This document shows, piece after piece, positions 46,493 through 55,928 of a stretch of 64,000 nucleotides of DNA (positions within the stretch are counted from its first letter, which is position 1; each line of letters starts with the position of its first letter). This DNA is from Micavibrio sp. UBA2400. GTDB taxonomy: Bacteria > Pseudomonadota > Alphaproteobacteria > UBA2400. The position numbers and the translations under genes are program-made. The DNA lies in NCBI GenBank assembly GCA_002343265.1, contig DDSC01000004.1, positions 1,898 to 65,897 of the forward strand, given 5' to 3'. Below the pieces are notes generated by a model, which was not told the origin of the DNA, ran no database searches, and saw only the letters and a program-made list of their open reading frames with translations.

Positions 46493-49200
46493 GCGGCACC
46501 TCGCTGGGCTTGCAGGGTTTGGGACAGGGTCGAGAGCAGCGCCTCACGATCGAACTTGGCGACGTGATTGGCAAAACCGGCACGGCGACCGCGATCCTGA
46601 TCGATATTGGTCGCGTGGCTCGACAAAGCAATCACCGGTACGGCCTGCCAGCGGGCATCCTTCTTGAGCGCCTCCACAAACTCGAACCCGCTCATCCCCG
46701 GCATTTCGATATCGCTGACGATGATGTCAAACTCCACGTCACCCTGACAGAGCTGGAGCGCATCAATCGCGCTTTCTACCGTGGTGACCTGATAGCCCGA
46801 GACGTTCAGCAGCGGGGTCAGCATATTACGGAAGAAGGAGCTGTCATCAACCAGCAGGATGCGCTGGGCCCGGCCTTCCTCTTTGCCCTGAAACGCAGTC
46901 GTCGCGCCGAAGAAGTCCTTGAAGGTACGGGTCAGATAGAACCCGGCATCAATGACTTCGGTGCTGCGTCCGGCGATAATGGCTGAGCCCATCAGACCTT
47001 GCGAGTCACTGCCAAGCTGCACGTTGAGGTGTTCTTCAACGATATCGACAATCTCGTCGACCACCAGACCTACCGAGCGCTCGCGATCCGCAAAGACCAG
47101 CACCGGCTGATTGCCCTCGCTGCGCAGCTTGACGCGCTCGTTGAGCGGGATCAGCGGCATCAGGCTGCCGCGGTACTGCACCACCGCCTGACCACCGGAC
47201 TGCTCGATGGTGGCGACGTCGATATCCTCGAGGCGGGCAACCAGCGACAGCGGCACCGCCTTGGGTGCCGTATCACCCGCACGGAACAGGAGCATGGCCA
47301 GTTTGTCGCCACGCTGGGTCGCAGGATTACGCGCTTCCTCAGTGGTCTTCTGCTCGTCCTCACCTGCCGCCTTACCGGTGGCGGCGGCGATGCCGTTGGG
47401 ATCGAGAATCATGATGACGCTGCCGTCGCCCAAAATGGTATTCCCCGAGAACATGTCGATATGGCGCAGGATTGGCGCGACCGGCTTGACCACGATTTCC
47501 TCGGTGTCAAAGACGCGATCCACAATGATGCCGAACGTCTGGCTACCGACTTGTGAGACAACGATGGTCGCCTCGGCAGTCGGCGCGGCCACAGAGGGCA
47601 GCTTGAGCAACGCTGAGAGCGTGACCAGCGGCAGCAGGCGATTGCGCAGACGCAGAACCGGCGCGTTATTGATATGCTCAATCGAATTGTCGCTGTTCTT
47701 GCCACCAGCACGCACCAATTCAAGCACACTGATCTGGGGGATAGCAAACCGCTCGCCCGCGCTTTCCACGATCAGGGCCGACACAATAGCCAGTGTCAGC
47801 GGGATCTTGATGGTAAAGGTACTGCCCTTGCCTTCCACCGACTTCATGTCGATGGTGCCGCCGATCTTTTCGATATTGGTGCGCACGACATCCATGCCCA
47901 CTCCGCGGCCGGATACGGCGGTCACCTGTGCTGCGGTAGAGAACCCCGCCTTGAAGATGTACATATGCACCTGGGCATCGGACATGACCTTGACTTCAGC
48001 TTCGGTCGCCATGCCGTTCTTGATGATCTTTTCGCGGATTTTCTGGGTCGGGAGACCACGGCCATCGTCGGAAATCTGGATGATGATATGCCCGCCCTCG
48101 TGGAAAGCGTTCAGAGTGACACGGCCGGTTTCCTTCTTACCCGCCTTGATGCGGTCGGCTGGGGTCTCAAGACCATGGTCGGCTGAGTTGCGCACCATAT
48201 GGGTGAGCGGGTCCTTGATCATCTCCAGGACCTGACGGTCGAGTTCCGTTTCGGCGCCGAGCATCTGCAGATCAATTTTCTTGCCCAGTTCGCTCGACAG
48301 ATCGCGAATGATGCGCGGCAGCTTGCTCCAGGCATTGCCAATCGGCTGCATGCGCGTCTTCATGACCTGCTCCTGCAGGTCGCTGGTCACATGATTAAGC
48401 CGCTGCAGCGGCGCGGCAAACTCGGTGTCTTTTTGCGTGCGCAGGATCTGCAGCATCTGATTGCGGATCAGCACCAGTTCGCTGACCATGGTCATCAGAC
48501 CTTCCAGCACATCAACATTGACACGCAAGGACTGGTTGGCCAGCGCGGACTCTGCCGCTGGCGCGCTTTCCTTGACGGGCGCGGTTGAGGCGGCAGTCGG
48601 CGCACTGGCGGGGGGTGGCGTCAGCTCAGCCGTCTTATGGGCGGGCACAGGGACAAACCCATGCTCATCGGGAGCCGGGCTGGTAACGGCCGCGGCCACA
48701 TCGGCGGTCTTGTGGGCGGGCACCGGCACAAAGCCATGCTCGTCCGGCACCGGTTCGCTGCTGACCGGAGCCGAAGCTGCGGCCAACGGGGGCGCAGCAG
48801 CAGCAGGGACGCCGCCGCCATCCTTGCCATCGGCATGATCGTTGAGCTGGGCAATCAGCTCGGTATCGGCCCCTTCCGGTTCGGTCCCGGCTTCTTCCAG
48901 CGCGGCCAACAGGGTTTTGATCCGGTCAAGCGCAGCCAGAATGAGGGTGACGGAATAGGGCGTAACCGGCAGTTTGCCATCACGGAATTTGCCAAGAATG
49001 TTTTCGCCAGCATGAGCGACCTGCTCCAGACGGGGCAAGCCAAGAAAGCCGCAGGTGCCCTTGATGGTATGCACCGTCCGGAAAATTGTGTTGAGCAGCG
49101 CCGGGTCGTTGGGGTTCTGCTCGAGCTTGATGAGCTCGTTATCGAGCACCGCGAGATTCTCGTTCGTCTCGGTCAAAAATTCGCGCAGCAGATCATCCAT
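46489..49200 (-). CDS. cheA: Chemotaxis histidine kinase CheA. Hybrid: Hpt, dimerisation domain, HATPase, two CheW-like domains, C-terminal receiver.
   Basis: Hpt with H in TVHTIKG. CheA dimerisation/HATPase blocks (DHGLE, ISDDGRGL, GRGVGMDVV, GKGSTF). Two CheW-like domains. C-terminal REC (ILLVDDS...D in SDIEMPGMSG...K). Confidence 0.9.
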   Translation of the reverse strand: MDDLLREFLTETNENLAVLDNELIKLEQNPNDPALLNTIFRTVHTIKGTCGFLGLPRLEQVAHAGENILGKFRDGKLPVTPYSVTLILAALDRIKTLLAALEEAGTEPEGADTELIAQLNDHADGKDGGGVPAAAAPPLAAASAPVSSEPVPDEHGFVPVPAHKTADVAAAVTSPAPDEHGFVPVPAHKTAELTPPPASAPTAASTAPVKESAPAAESALANQSLRVNVDVLEGLMTMVSELVLIRNQMLQILRTQKDTEFAAPLQRLNHVTSDLQEQVMKTRMQPIGNAWSKLPRIIRDLSSELGKKIDLQMLGAETELDRQVLEMIKDPLTHMVRNSADHGLETPADRIKAGKKETGRVTLNAFHEGGHIIIQISDDGRGLPTQKIREKIIKNGMATEAEVKVMSDAQVHMYIFKAGFSTAAQVTAVSGRGVGMDVVRTNIEKIGGTIDMKSVEGKGSTFTIKIPLTLAIVSALIVESAGERFAIPQISVLELVRAGGKNSDNSIEHINNAPVLRLRNRLLPLVTLSALLKLPSVAAPTAEATIVVSQVGSQTFGIIVDRVFDTEEIVVKPVAPILRHIDMFSGNTILGDGSVIMILDPNGIAAATGKAAGEDEQKTTEEARNPATQRGDKLAMLLFRAGDTAPKAVPLSLVARLEDIDVATIEQSGGQAVVQYRGSLMPLIPLNERVKLRSEGNQPVLVFADRERSVGLVVDEIVDIVEEHLNVQLGSDSQGLMGSAIIAGRSTEVIDAGFYLTRTFKDFFGATTAFQGKEEGRAQRILLVDDSSFFRNMLTPLLNVSGYQVTTVESAIDALQLCQGDVEFDIIVSDIEMPGMSGFEFVEALKKDARWQAVPVIALSSHATNIDQDRGRRAGFANHVAKFDREALLSTLSQTLQAQRGAA
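48632..48781. repeat. Imperfect 75-bp tandem duplication inside the cheA Hpt–kinase linker
   Basis: Units start at 48632 and 48707 (gtctt(a/g)tgggcgggcac...). Encodes the duplicated peptide PDEHGFVPVPAHKTA. Confidence 0.6.
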
Positions 49201-49332
49201 GAACGTTCCCCCTACATGCCCATTCGGGTCAGGTTATCGCTCTATTTCGCGCAGAAAGACCTTAACAAGCCGTTACCCGAACAGCTGATCGTTAAAATTA
49301 CAACTTATTGATAGGTCTTGACCTTTTGCTGA

Positions 49333-49989
49333 TCAGGCAGCGACCGGGACAGGCGTATAAACAAGGCTCATGTCCAAACGATCCTCGCCGCTCTGGCTCC
49401 ACCCCAGCTTGACCCCATAATGCTCGGCAAACCGGGCTGTGATATAGGGGTGAATGCTACGTGCCGTAAGGTCATCTATCGCTACGTCACCCTTAAGTGC
49501 GGGCCAGGCTTCCTCCCGGGTTCCTGCGCCACGACCTTGGGCGAGGATGGTAAGGCGGCCCGGTTCAGGCCGCGCCACCTCAATCGTGCCGCCGTGGACC
49601 AGATTTTCTACAGCCACGATCAACAGGTTAAGCAATACCTTGGGCACTCCGCGCGGCTGCCCGGTGATATCTTTCATAACCGCCGCATCCCAGCTGATGG
49701 CGGCCCGACTGCCGGCCAGATAATCGCGCAGAGTTGTCAAAATATCATCGCAGGACAGATTGGCATCGGCCCCGGCTGCCCCATAGCCCACGCGAAACAA
49801 CCGCAGACGCCGCGCGGCCTGCTCGGAAGAATGGCCGATCAGCTTGGCGGCCTCTTCCCCCACCTGTGCGCCCATTTCTTCAAGTAATTCAACACCGTTA
49901 CTGATGGCCCCCACCGGACTGATGAGGTCGTGGCAGATGCGCGAGGCCAGTAATTCCATCACGCGCAGATTTTCCAGCACCGGCGGCAT
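49333..49989 (-). CDS. ChpT-family histidine phosphotransferase-like protein (DUF2328-type)
   Basis: ELLASRICHDLISPVGAISNGVELLEE is the ChpT-type HisKA-like helix with conserved His. Followed by a degenerate ATPase-like domain. SD aaggag is best placed for ATG 49989. Confidence 0.6.
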   Translation of the reverse strand: MPPVLENLRVMELLASRICHDLISPVGAISNGVELLEEMGAQVGEEAAKLIGHSSEQAARRLRLFRVGYGAAGADANLSCDDILTTLRDYLAGSRAAISWDAAVMKDITGQPRGVPKVLLNLLIVAVENLVHGGTIEVARPEPGRLTILAQGRGAGTREEAWPALKGDVAIDDLTARSIHPYITARFAEHYGVKLGWSQSGEDRLDMSLVYTPVPVAA

Positions 49990-50112
49990 GGTCATCTCCT
50001 TAAATTCTGTCGCGGGCGCACCTGTGTGGCCCGAAGACACCATCGCTGGTTTACCTTATTTTGGCAACATCCTCACTAGGGATTGTTTACTTTTCACCCG
50101 GCACACTCGGGC

Positions 50113-52095
50113 ATGGCCTCGCGCTCCCTTTTTCAGTCCGACACCGCCGCCCACGACCTCGGGCTCTCCCTGCTTGGGCAGCTCGGGACGGGCGATGGCC
50201 TGCTGAGCAGTGTTGTCCCTCTGCGCGCCGTATTGATGCAGATGCTCACGCTCTACAGCTCGGCGGTGCTGGTGATCGCCGGGTTCATCGTGTTGTATTA
50301 TTTTACGCTGGTCATTGTCGATGCCGCCAAAACCGGTCAGGCCTTCCGGCGGATCGACCCGGTATGGGGGCCGCTGCGGCTAGTGATCGCCATTGGCATT
50401 CTGGTGCCTCTGGGCGGCGGCCTGAACAGCGGCCAGCTGATGGTGCTACAGCTCTCGCAGTGGGGTTCCGGTCTGGCGTCCCAGCTCTGGCAGCAGGTGG
50501 GCGAAGATAGCCAGTTGGTACAGCCCATGATCGCGCGGCCTGGCCCGGTACCGGCGCTAGCGCTAGTGCGCGCACTGGTGCTGCGCGATGCCTGCGTGGC
50601 CTACACTACTCGCTTGGCCTATGAGCAGCAGACCGCCTATCGCCGCGCTCGCGAAGCAATCAAATCCGACAAACCCGCCAATGATGCCCCGGTTCTAACG
50701 CCACCAACGCTCTATCCGGTTCTCGCCCAGCCGGTCGCTACCAACGCCGATGGCTCGCAGACGACACCCTATGGCTGGACCGAGCGGCCTTATTTTTGCG
50801 GCTCCACCACTATTTTTCCGCCCACTCCGCGCACCGAAGAAACCCTGTTCAACCTGCTCAAGCAGGCCCATGTTGATGGCCTGCGCCGACTAGAAGGACG
50901 TACACAGGAATACGCGCAGGACTATCTGCAGCTGGCCATGGGGCAGCGATTGCTTAACAACCGCTCGCCTCTGACACTGGCCGAAATCTATGAGACGGAG
51001 TTGCGCTTTGCCAATTCACCCGGCTTCAACAGTGCGCTGGGCCAGCACCTGTCGATCCTGCACAACCAGCTCCGACCGCTCGGCTGGGTGGGGGCGCCCG
51101 CTTATCTGGATTCGATTCTACGCTTGAATCTGCGTTTGATCAGCTTGAACGCCTCCCTGCCCCAGATTGACCCACCTGAGGTTCTGATTGCGCCGCCGCC
51201 ACTGGCGACTGCGACGGCTGCGGAAACCAAAATCTACGAACTGTTACACCGCATTGACCGCTCATGGGGCGATGTAGCGCGCGTCCCCCCGCTCAGTGCG
51301 GCGGGATTGGGTGGCTTATCTACCTTGCTCAGCCATGCGGTCGCGCTGTCGCGCGAAGTGCCCGGTACAGGCGCGGCCGGTCACCAGTTGCGGGTGGCAC
51401 GCGATCTGATGCAAACCAGCGATTATGACTGGGCGACCTTTGCCCGACAAAATCCACTGGTGGGTCTGGCTGAACTTGGCACCTATCTGACCGGCAAAGC
51501 CGCCGGACTGCTGGCCGGAGCGGGGGTGCTGGATAGCGTGGGTCCGGTCACCGGGCCAATGGTGGTGATGATTACCGCTTTGGGTCTGATGGCATTCGTT
51601 GTCAGCATTGCCCTGCTGCTGGTCCTGCCGCTGATCCCCTTGGTCCGGTTTTTTCTCGGCGTCGCGGTCTGGCTGGTGGAAGTGTTTGAAGCGCTCATCG
51701 CTATTCCGCTGGTCGCGCTGGCCCATCTGCGCGCCGACGAGCATGGGCTGGCCGGACAAAGTGCCATTTTGTGCTATCTGATGATCCTCAAGATCATGCT
51801 GCGTCCGGCCCTGATGGTTCTGGGTCTGCTTGGCGGCTTCATCCTGTTCCTGATCCTGCTCGGGGCGCTAAACAGCCTGTTGGCCGGCAGTATGCCCGGC
51901 GTTATTAACAGTGGCCAGATCTCCAGCCTGTGGTTTGTGCTGGTGAGCGGGGTTTATGCCCTGCTGCTGCTGGGAATTGCCAATGCCTGCTTCAAGCTGA
52001 TCGACTGGCTGCCCCAGCGCACTTTAACCTGGCTGCAAGGCCTGCTGCAGCCGGGGCGCAACCACGGCCAAACAGCCCCGGAACCGACCGCTTGA
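50113..52095 (+). CDS. Large polytopic membrane protein (about 660 aa), unassigned. Topology vaguely TrbL/VirB6- or DotA/TraY-like.
   Basis: N-terminal pair of TM helices, an approx. 330-aa non-hydrophobic central domain, and a C-terminal cluster of 5-6 TM helices. The ORF opens at TTG 50083; first ATG at 50113. Confidence 0.5.
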   Translation: MASRSLFQSDTAAHDLGLSLLGQLGTGDGLLSSVVPLRAVLMQMLTLYSSAVLVIAGFIVLYYFTLVIVDAAKTGQAFRRIDPVWGPLRLVIAIGILVPLGGGLNSGQLMVLQLSQWGSGLASQLWQQVGEDSQLVQPMIARPGPVPALALVRALVLRDACVAYTTRLAYEQQTAYRRAREAIKSDKPANDAPVLTPPTLYPVLAQPVATNADGSQTTPYGWTERPYFCGSTTIFPPTPRTEETLFNLLKQAHVDGLRRLEGRTQEYAQDYLQLAMGQRLLNNRSPLTLAEIYETELRFANSPGFNSALGQHLSILHNQLRPLGWVGAPAYLDSILRLNLRLISLNASLPQIDPPEVLIAPPPLATATAAETKIYELLHRIDRSWGDVARVPPLSAAGLGGLSTLLSHAVALSREVPGTGAAGHQLRVARDLMQTSDYDWATFARQNPLVGLAELGTYLTGKAAGLLAGAGVLDSVGPVTGPMVVMITALGLMAFVVSIALLLVLPLIPLVRFFLGVAVWLVEVFEALIAIPLVALAHLRADEHGLAGQSAILCYLMILKIMLRPALMVLGLLGGFILFLILLGALNSLLAGSMPGVINSGQISSLWFVLVSGVYALLLLGIANACFKLIDWLPQRTLTWLQGLLQPGRNHGQTAPEPTA

Positions 52096-52160
52096 GGATA
52101 CGACCTGCGGCACTGCAGCTTCCTTGACCGTTGGGGGCGGGTCTGCTACCCCAAATACCC

Positions 52161-52802
52161 ATGAGCACCGACATTTTCAGCGAAATCGACGAAGACCTGC
52201 GCCGCCAGAAGCTGGAGCGCATCTGGAAAACCCATGGCCGTACCATTCTGGTCGTGGGCGCCCTGCTGCTGCTGGCCAGCGGCGCCTATGCCTACTGGCA
52301 GGGGCGGCAGATGACCAGACTGGAGGCAGCGACCGCTACTCTGACCACCAGCTTGCAAAAGCTGAAAGACGACAACCGCGAAGCGATTCTGGGCGAGCTG
52401 TCAGCCTTTGCGCCCACCGCACCGGAAGGGCAGGCCCGACTGGCCAAGCTGTACGCCAGTACACTGGCCGACAAACTGGACAAAGACGAGCAGGCCAAAA
52501 CCGAGCTGACCACCCTTGCCGAGGACAGCCGCCAACCGGCGCTGTATCGCGACTTTGCCCGTCTGCTGCTGGTCTATCGCGAGCTGGATACAGGCGATCC
52601 GATTGCCCTACAGAACAGACTGTCTCCCCTCAAAGGTAAAGACAAGCCTTGGCGCTTTGCTGCCGAGGAGCTGTCGGCGCTGCTCAGCCTGAAACAGGGG
52701 GACAGCGCCAGTGCCAAAGCCGCGCTGGAACGCCTGCAAGCCGACAAGGATGCTCCGCAAGGTGTGCGGGAACGCGCCACCCGCATTCTCTCGACCCTCT
52801 AA
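52161..52802 (+). CDS. Membrane-anchored TPR-like protein, YfgM family
   Basis: Acidic N-terminus, single TM (ILVVGALLLLASGAYAYW), helical TPR-like periplasmic domain. Conserved position upstream of bamB–der. Confidence 0.65.
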   Translation: MSTDIFSEIDEDLRRQKLERIWKTHGRTILVVGALLLLASGAYAYWQGRQMTRLEAATATLTTSLQKLKDDNREAILGELSAFAPTAPEGQARLAKLYASTLADKLDKDEQAKTELTTLAEDSRQPALYRDFARLLLVYRELDTGDPIALQNRLSPLKGKDKPWRFAAEELSALLSLKQGDSASAKAALERLQADKDAPQGVRERATRILSTL

Positions 52803-52826
52803 GCCTGTTCTGACCGGGAGGTTGCC

Positions 52827-54164
52827 ATGATCCGAAATCTGAGTGGCCACGGCTCCGGCCTGATGCTTATCCTGCTGCTGGCGGGCTGCACCGACAGCTG
52901 GCTGGGTGAGGCCGAGCCGCCCCCCTTGCCGGGTGAACGTATTCCGGTGCTGGCGTTTGACCAAAAACTGCAGGCCGACGCATCCCTTGTCGGCCAACCC
53001 ATGCAACTACCTGCGGCGGTGACCAACACCAGCTGGTTGAGCGCAGGCGGCAATCCCACCCATGGCGGTGGGGCCTTCGAACTGGCCGGACAGCCACGCG
53101 ATGTCTGGCAAACCGATATCGGTGAAGGCGTCGATGATGCACGCCCGCTTCTCTCGGTGCCAGTAGTACAAGGCGATCAGGTATTTGCGCTGGATACGGA
53201 GGGGCTGCTCTCGGCCGTCAACCTGACCAGCGGCAAAGCTATGTGGCAACGCCATGCCGCTCCGCGCGAACTGCGACACAAAGCCGATGGCGGTGGACTG
53301 GCCCTGAGTGGAGATGGCCTGGTGATCGCCAGCCTTGGGTATGGCGAGATGGTTGCCTTTGCCGTGACCGATGGCAAGGAGCTCTGGCGCACCCCCACCC
53401 GTAGCCCGCTGCGCAGCGCTCCAACGGTGGCCAATGGCCAAGCCTACGTGGTGACGATTGATAATCAGCTGCTCGCCTTTGATGCCCGTACCGGCCGCCT
53501 CTTGTGGAGCCATGCCGGACTGATGGAAGCCGCCGGACTGCTTGGTGCTCCCAGCCCGGCCGTCTCGGGTGATGTGGTCCTAGTGGCCTACTCCTCGGGC
53601 GAACTTTATGCACTGCGAACCCTCAATGGCGGTGAACTGTGGAGTGACAACCTTACCGCCACCCGCCGCGAGGGTGGGGTCCTGACACTGGCGGCTATCC
53701 GCGGTCTGCCGGTACTGGCCGCGGGCGGGGCAGCGGCTATTGCTGTCAGCAACTCCGGACGACTGGTCGCAATTGACAACCGTAGCGGCCAGCGGGTGTG
53801 GGAACAGCGCCTGTCGAGCCAGCAGACACCTTGGGTAGCGGGCGACAGCCTGTTTGTTGTCACCACGGATGCCGAGCTGGTGGCCCTGACCTTGCGCGAA
53901 GGCAAACCGCGCTGGGTGCAGCAGCTGGCGCAGTGGGAGAATGCGAAGGATAAACGCGGCGTTATCAGCTGGTATGGGCCGGTGCTGGCGGGCGATCGCC
54001 TGTGGCTGACCAACAGCGAGGGCGAAATGCTCAGCTTTGATCCCCATAGCGGTCAGGCACTGGAGCGGCAGGATCTGGGCACACCGATCAAGCGCCCGCC
54101 GATTGTTGCCAACAACACGTTGCTGGTCCTGAACGACAACGGCCGTCTGCTGGCGTGGCGCTGA
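52827..54164 (+). CDS. bamB: Outer-membrane protein assembly factor BamB (PQQ-repeat beta-propeller lipoprotein)
   Basis: Lipobox LLAGC, and repeated PQQ-type W-motifs (..LWR.., ..LWS.., ..VWEQ.., ..RLWL..). Confidence 0.8.
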   Translation: MIRNLSGHGSGLMLILLLAGCTDSWLGEAEPPPLPGERIPVLAFDQKLQADASLVGQPMQLPAAVTNTSWLSAGGNPTHGGGAFELAGQPRDVWQTDIGEGVDDARPLLSVPVVQGDQVFALDTEGLLSAVNLTSGKAMWQRHAAPRELRHKADGGGLALSGDGLVIASLGYGEMVAFAVTDGKELWRTPTRSPLRSAPTVANGQAYVVTIDNQLLAFDARTGRLLWSHAGLMEAAGLLGAPSPAVSGDVVLVAYSSGELYALRTLNGGELWSDNLTATRREGGVLTLAAIRGLPVLAAGGAAAIAVSNSGRLVAIDNRSGQRVWEQRLSSQQTPWVAGDSLFVVTTDAELVALTLREGKPRWVQQLAQWENAKDKRGVISWYGPVLAGDRLWLTNSEGEMLSFDPHSGQALERQDLGTPIKRPPIVANNTLLVLNDNGRLLAWR

Positions 54165-54165
54165 G

Positions 54166-55524
54166 ATGGCCCTGCGTGTTGCTCTGGTCGGCCGCCCCAA
54201 CGTTGGCAAGTCCACCCTGTTCAATCGGCTGTGTGGCAAGCCGCTGGCGATTGTGCATGACGAGCCGGGGGTTACCCGCGACTGGAAGGAAGCGCCGGCG
54301 CGCCTGTCCGATCTGAACTTCATTGCGATTGATACAGCGGGTCTGGAAGATGTCGCTGGCCGCCCGAGCAGCGATCCGATTGCCGCCGGTATGCGCGCGC
54401 AAACCGAGGCGGCACTGGCGCGGGCCGATCTTATCCTGTTCGTGATCGACGGTAAGGAAGGGGTTACCGCCACCGACCGCACGCTGGCCAAATGGCTGCG
54501 CAAGCAGGGTCGCCCGCTGATTCTGGCCGCCAATAAATGCGAGAGCCGCACCGATTTAAGCGACGCCTATGCGCTGGGTCTCGGCACTCCGCTGCCCATC
54601 TCGGCAGCGCATGGAGACGGACTGGCTGATCTCTACCAGCAGCTGCGCCCACATGTAGACGCACATGCGGAAGATGGCGAAGATCCGGAAGCGGGCGACA
54701 AACCGATCCGCCTTGCTCTGGTTGGCCGCCCCAATGCTGGCAAGTCCACCCTGTTCAACGCCCTGATTGGCGAGGATCGCGCCATGGTCAGCCCGATTGC
54801 GGGCACCACACGTGATACCGTAAGCGAAGACTGGACGCATGAGGGCCAGGCCTTCCGCTTGGTCGATACCGCCGGGCTGCGCAAAAAGTCCAAGGTCGAC
54901 AAGGGCGTCGAAAAACTGGCGGTGGATGAATCGCTGCGCATCATCCGCCTCGCGGAGATTGTCATTCTGGTGTGCGATGCCACCATGGCGCTGGAACAGC
55001 AGGACCTGACCATTGCCGATCTGGTGCTGCGCGAAGGCCGGGCCCTGATTATTGCTCTCAACAAGTGGGATCTGGTCAAATCGCCGGCCGCCGTACTCAA
55101 AGAGCTGAATGCCCAGTTGGAAGAGACCCTCAGTCAGGCCGCCGGGATCACCGTCATTCCCATCAGCGCGCTCAAGGGCCGCAAGCTTGATAGTCTGATG
55201 CAGGGCGTGCGCGATGTCTATCGCCGCTGGGATACGCGCGTGACCACCGGCCAGCTTAACCGCTGGCTGGAAGCGATGCTGGAGGCGCACACGCCACCAC
55301 TGGTGAAGGGGCGGCGCGTGAAAATCCGCTACATGACTCAGCGCAAGGGCCGCCCGCCAACCTTTGTGCTGTTCTGCGGCACCCATGCCGAGCCACCAGA
55401 CAGCTATATCCGCTATCTGCAAAACGGTCTGCGCGAACGCTTTGATCTGCCCGGAGTGCCGATCCGCATTGAAATCAAAAAGGGTCGCAATCCCTACGCC
55501 GAGGGCGACGGCAAGAAAGAATAA
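54166..55524 (+). CDS. der: Ribosome-associated GTPase Der (EngA)
   Basis: Two tandem GTPase domains (GRPNVGKST.. and GRPNAGKST..) plus a KH-like C-domain. Confidence 0.95.
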   Translation: MALRVALVGRPNVGKSTLFNRLCGKPLAIVHDEPGVTRDWKEAPARLSDLNFIAIDTAGLEDVAGRPSSDPIAAGMRAQTEAALARADLILFVIDGKEGVTATDRTLAKWLRKQGRPLILAANKCESRTDLSDAYALGLGTPLPISAAHGDGLADLYQQLRPHVDAHAEDGEDPEAGDKPIRLALVGRPNAGKSTLFNALIGEDRAMVSPIAGTTRDTVSEDWTHEGQAFRLVDTAGLRKKSKVDKGVEKLAVDESLRIIRLAEIVILVCDATMALEQQDLTIADLVLREGRALIIALNKWDLVKSPAAVLKELNAQLEETLSQAAGITVIPISALKGRKLDSLMQGVRDVYRRWDTRVTTGQLNRWLEAMLEAHTPPLVKGRRVKIRYMTQRKGRPPTFVLFCGTHAEPPDSYIRYLQNGLRERFDLPGVPIRIEIKKGRNPYAEGDGKKE

Positions 55525-55601
55525 GGCCTCACGGCAATTGCATTGGTGGCAAACTCTCTGCTAATTCCCAGTGATCACGTTATCCAACTAAGAGGTGCTT
55601 T

Positions 55602-55928
55602 ATGTCCGCCCCCTCCCCTGCCAACGCTTTTCGAGCCGGAGTTTTGATCGGTACGGCACCGGTGGCCATGCTGGCCGTATGCCTGACGGATGCCCTGTAT
55701 CAGGACCGGATGACCAACCGGCTCTTGCGCCCTTATACCAATCTGTCGCGGTACAGACCTGTGCCGACCTATACACGCACCGAAACGCTCAGTTGTGTCG
55801 CGGGTCTGTTCTGTGCACTGGCCGCGCAGACCGCGCTCGTCGCAGGGCTGATCGTTGGTGGAGTGTCGGCTACCACATCGGCGCAGGTGAGCACAGCCAC
55901 CCCATCACATCCTTCCGCCCACCCTTAA
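55602..55928 (+). CDS. Hypothetical small membrane protein (108 aa)
   Basis: SD aagaggtg 5 nt before the ATG. Two hydrophobic segments. Overlaps the convergent MTase gene end by 4 nt. Confidence 0.4.
   Translation: MSAPSPANAFRAGVLIGTAPVAMLAVCLTDALYQDRMTNRLLRPYTNLSRYRPVPTYTRTETLSCVAGLFCALAAQTALVAGLIVGGVSATTSAQVSTATPSHPSAHP

Noticed and set aside
47207-48235. 342-aa plus-strand ORF opposite cheA, together with similar antisense ORFs at 43633–44220, 53580–54551, 54556–55422, 58500–59441, 29523–30458, 38905–39840 and 41130–41972
   Set aside because: All lie antisense to confidently identified genes and lack any recognisable domain.
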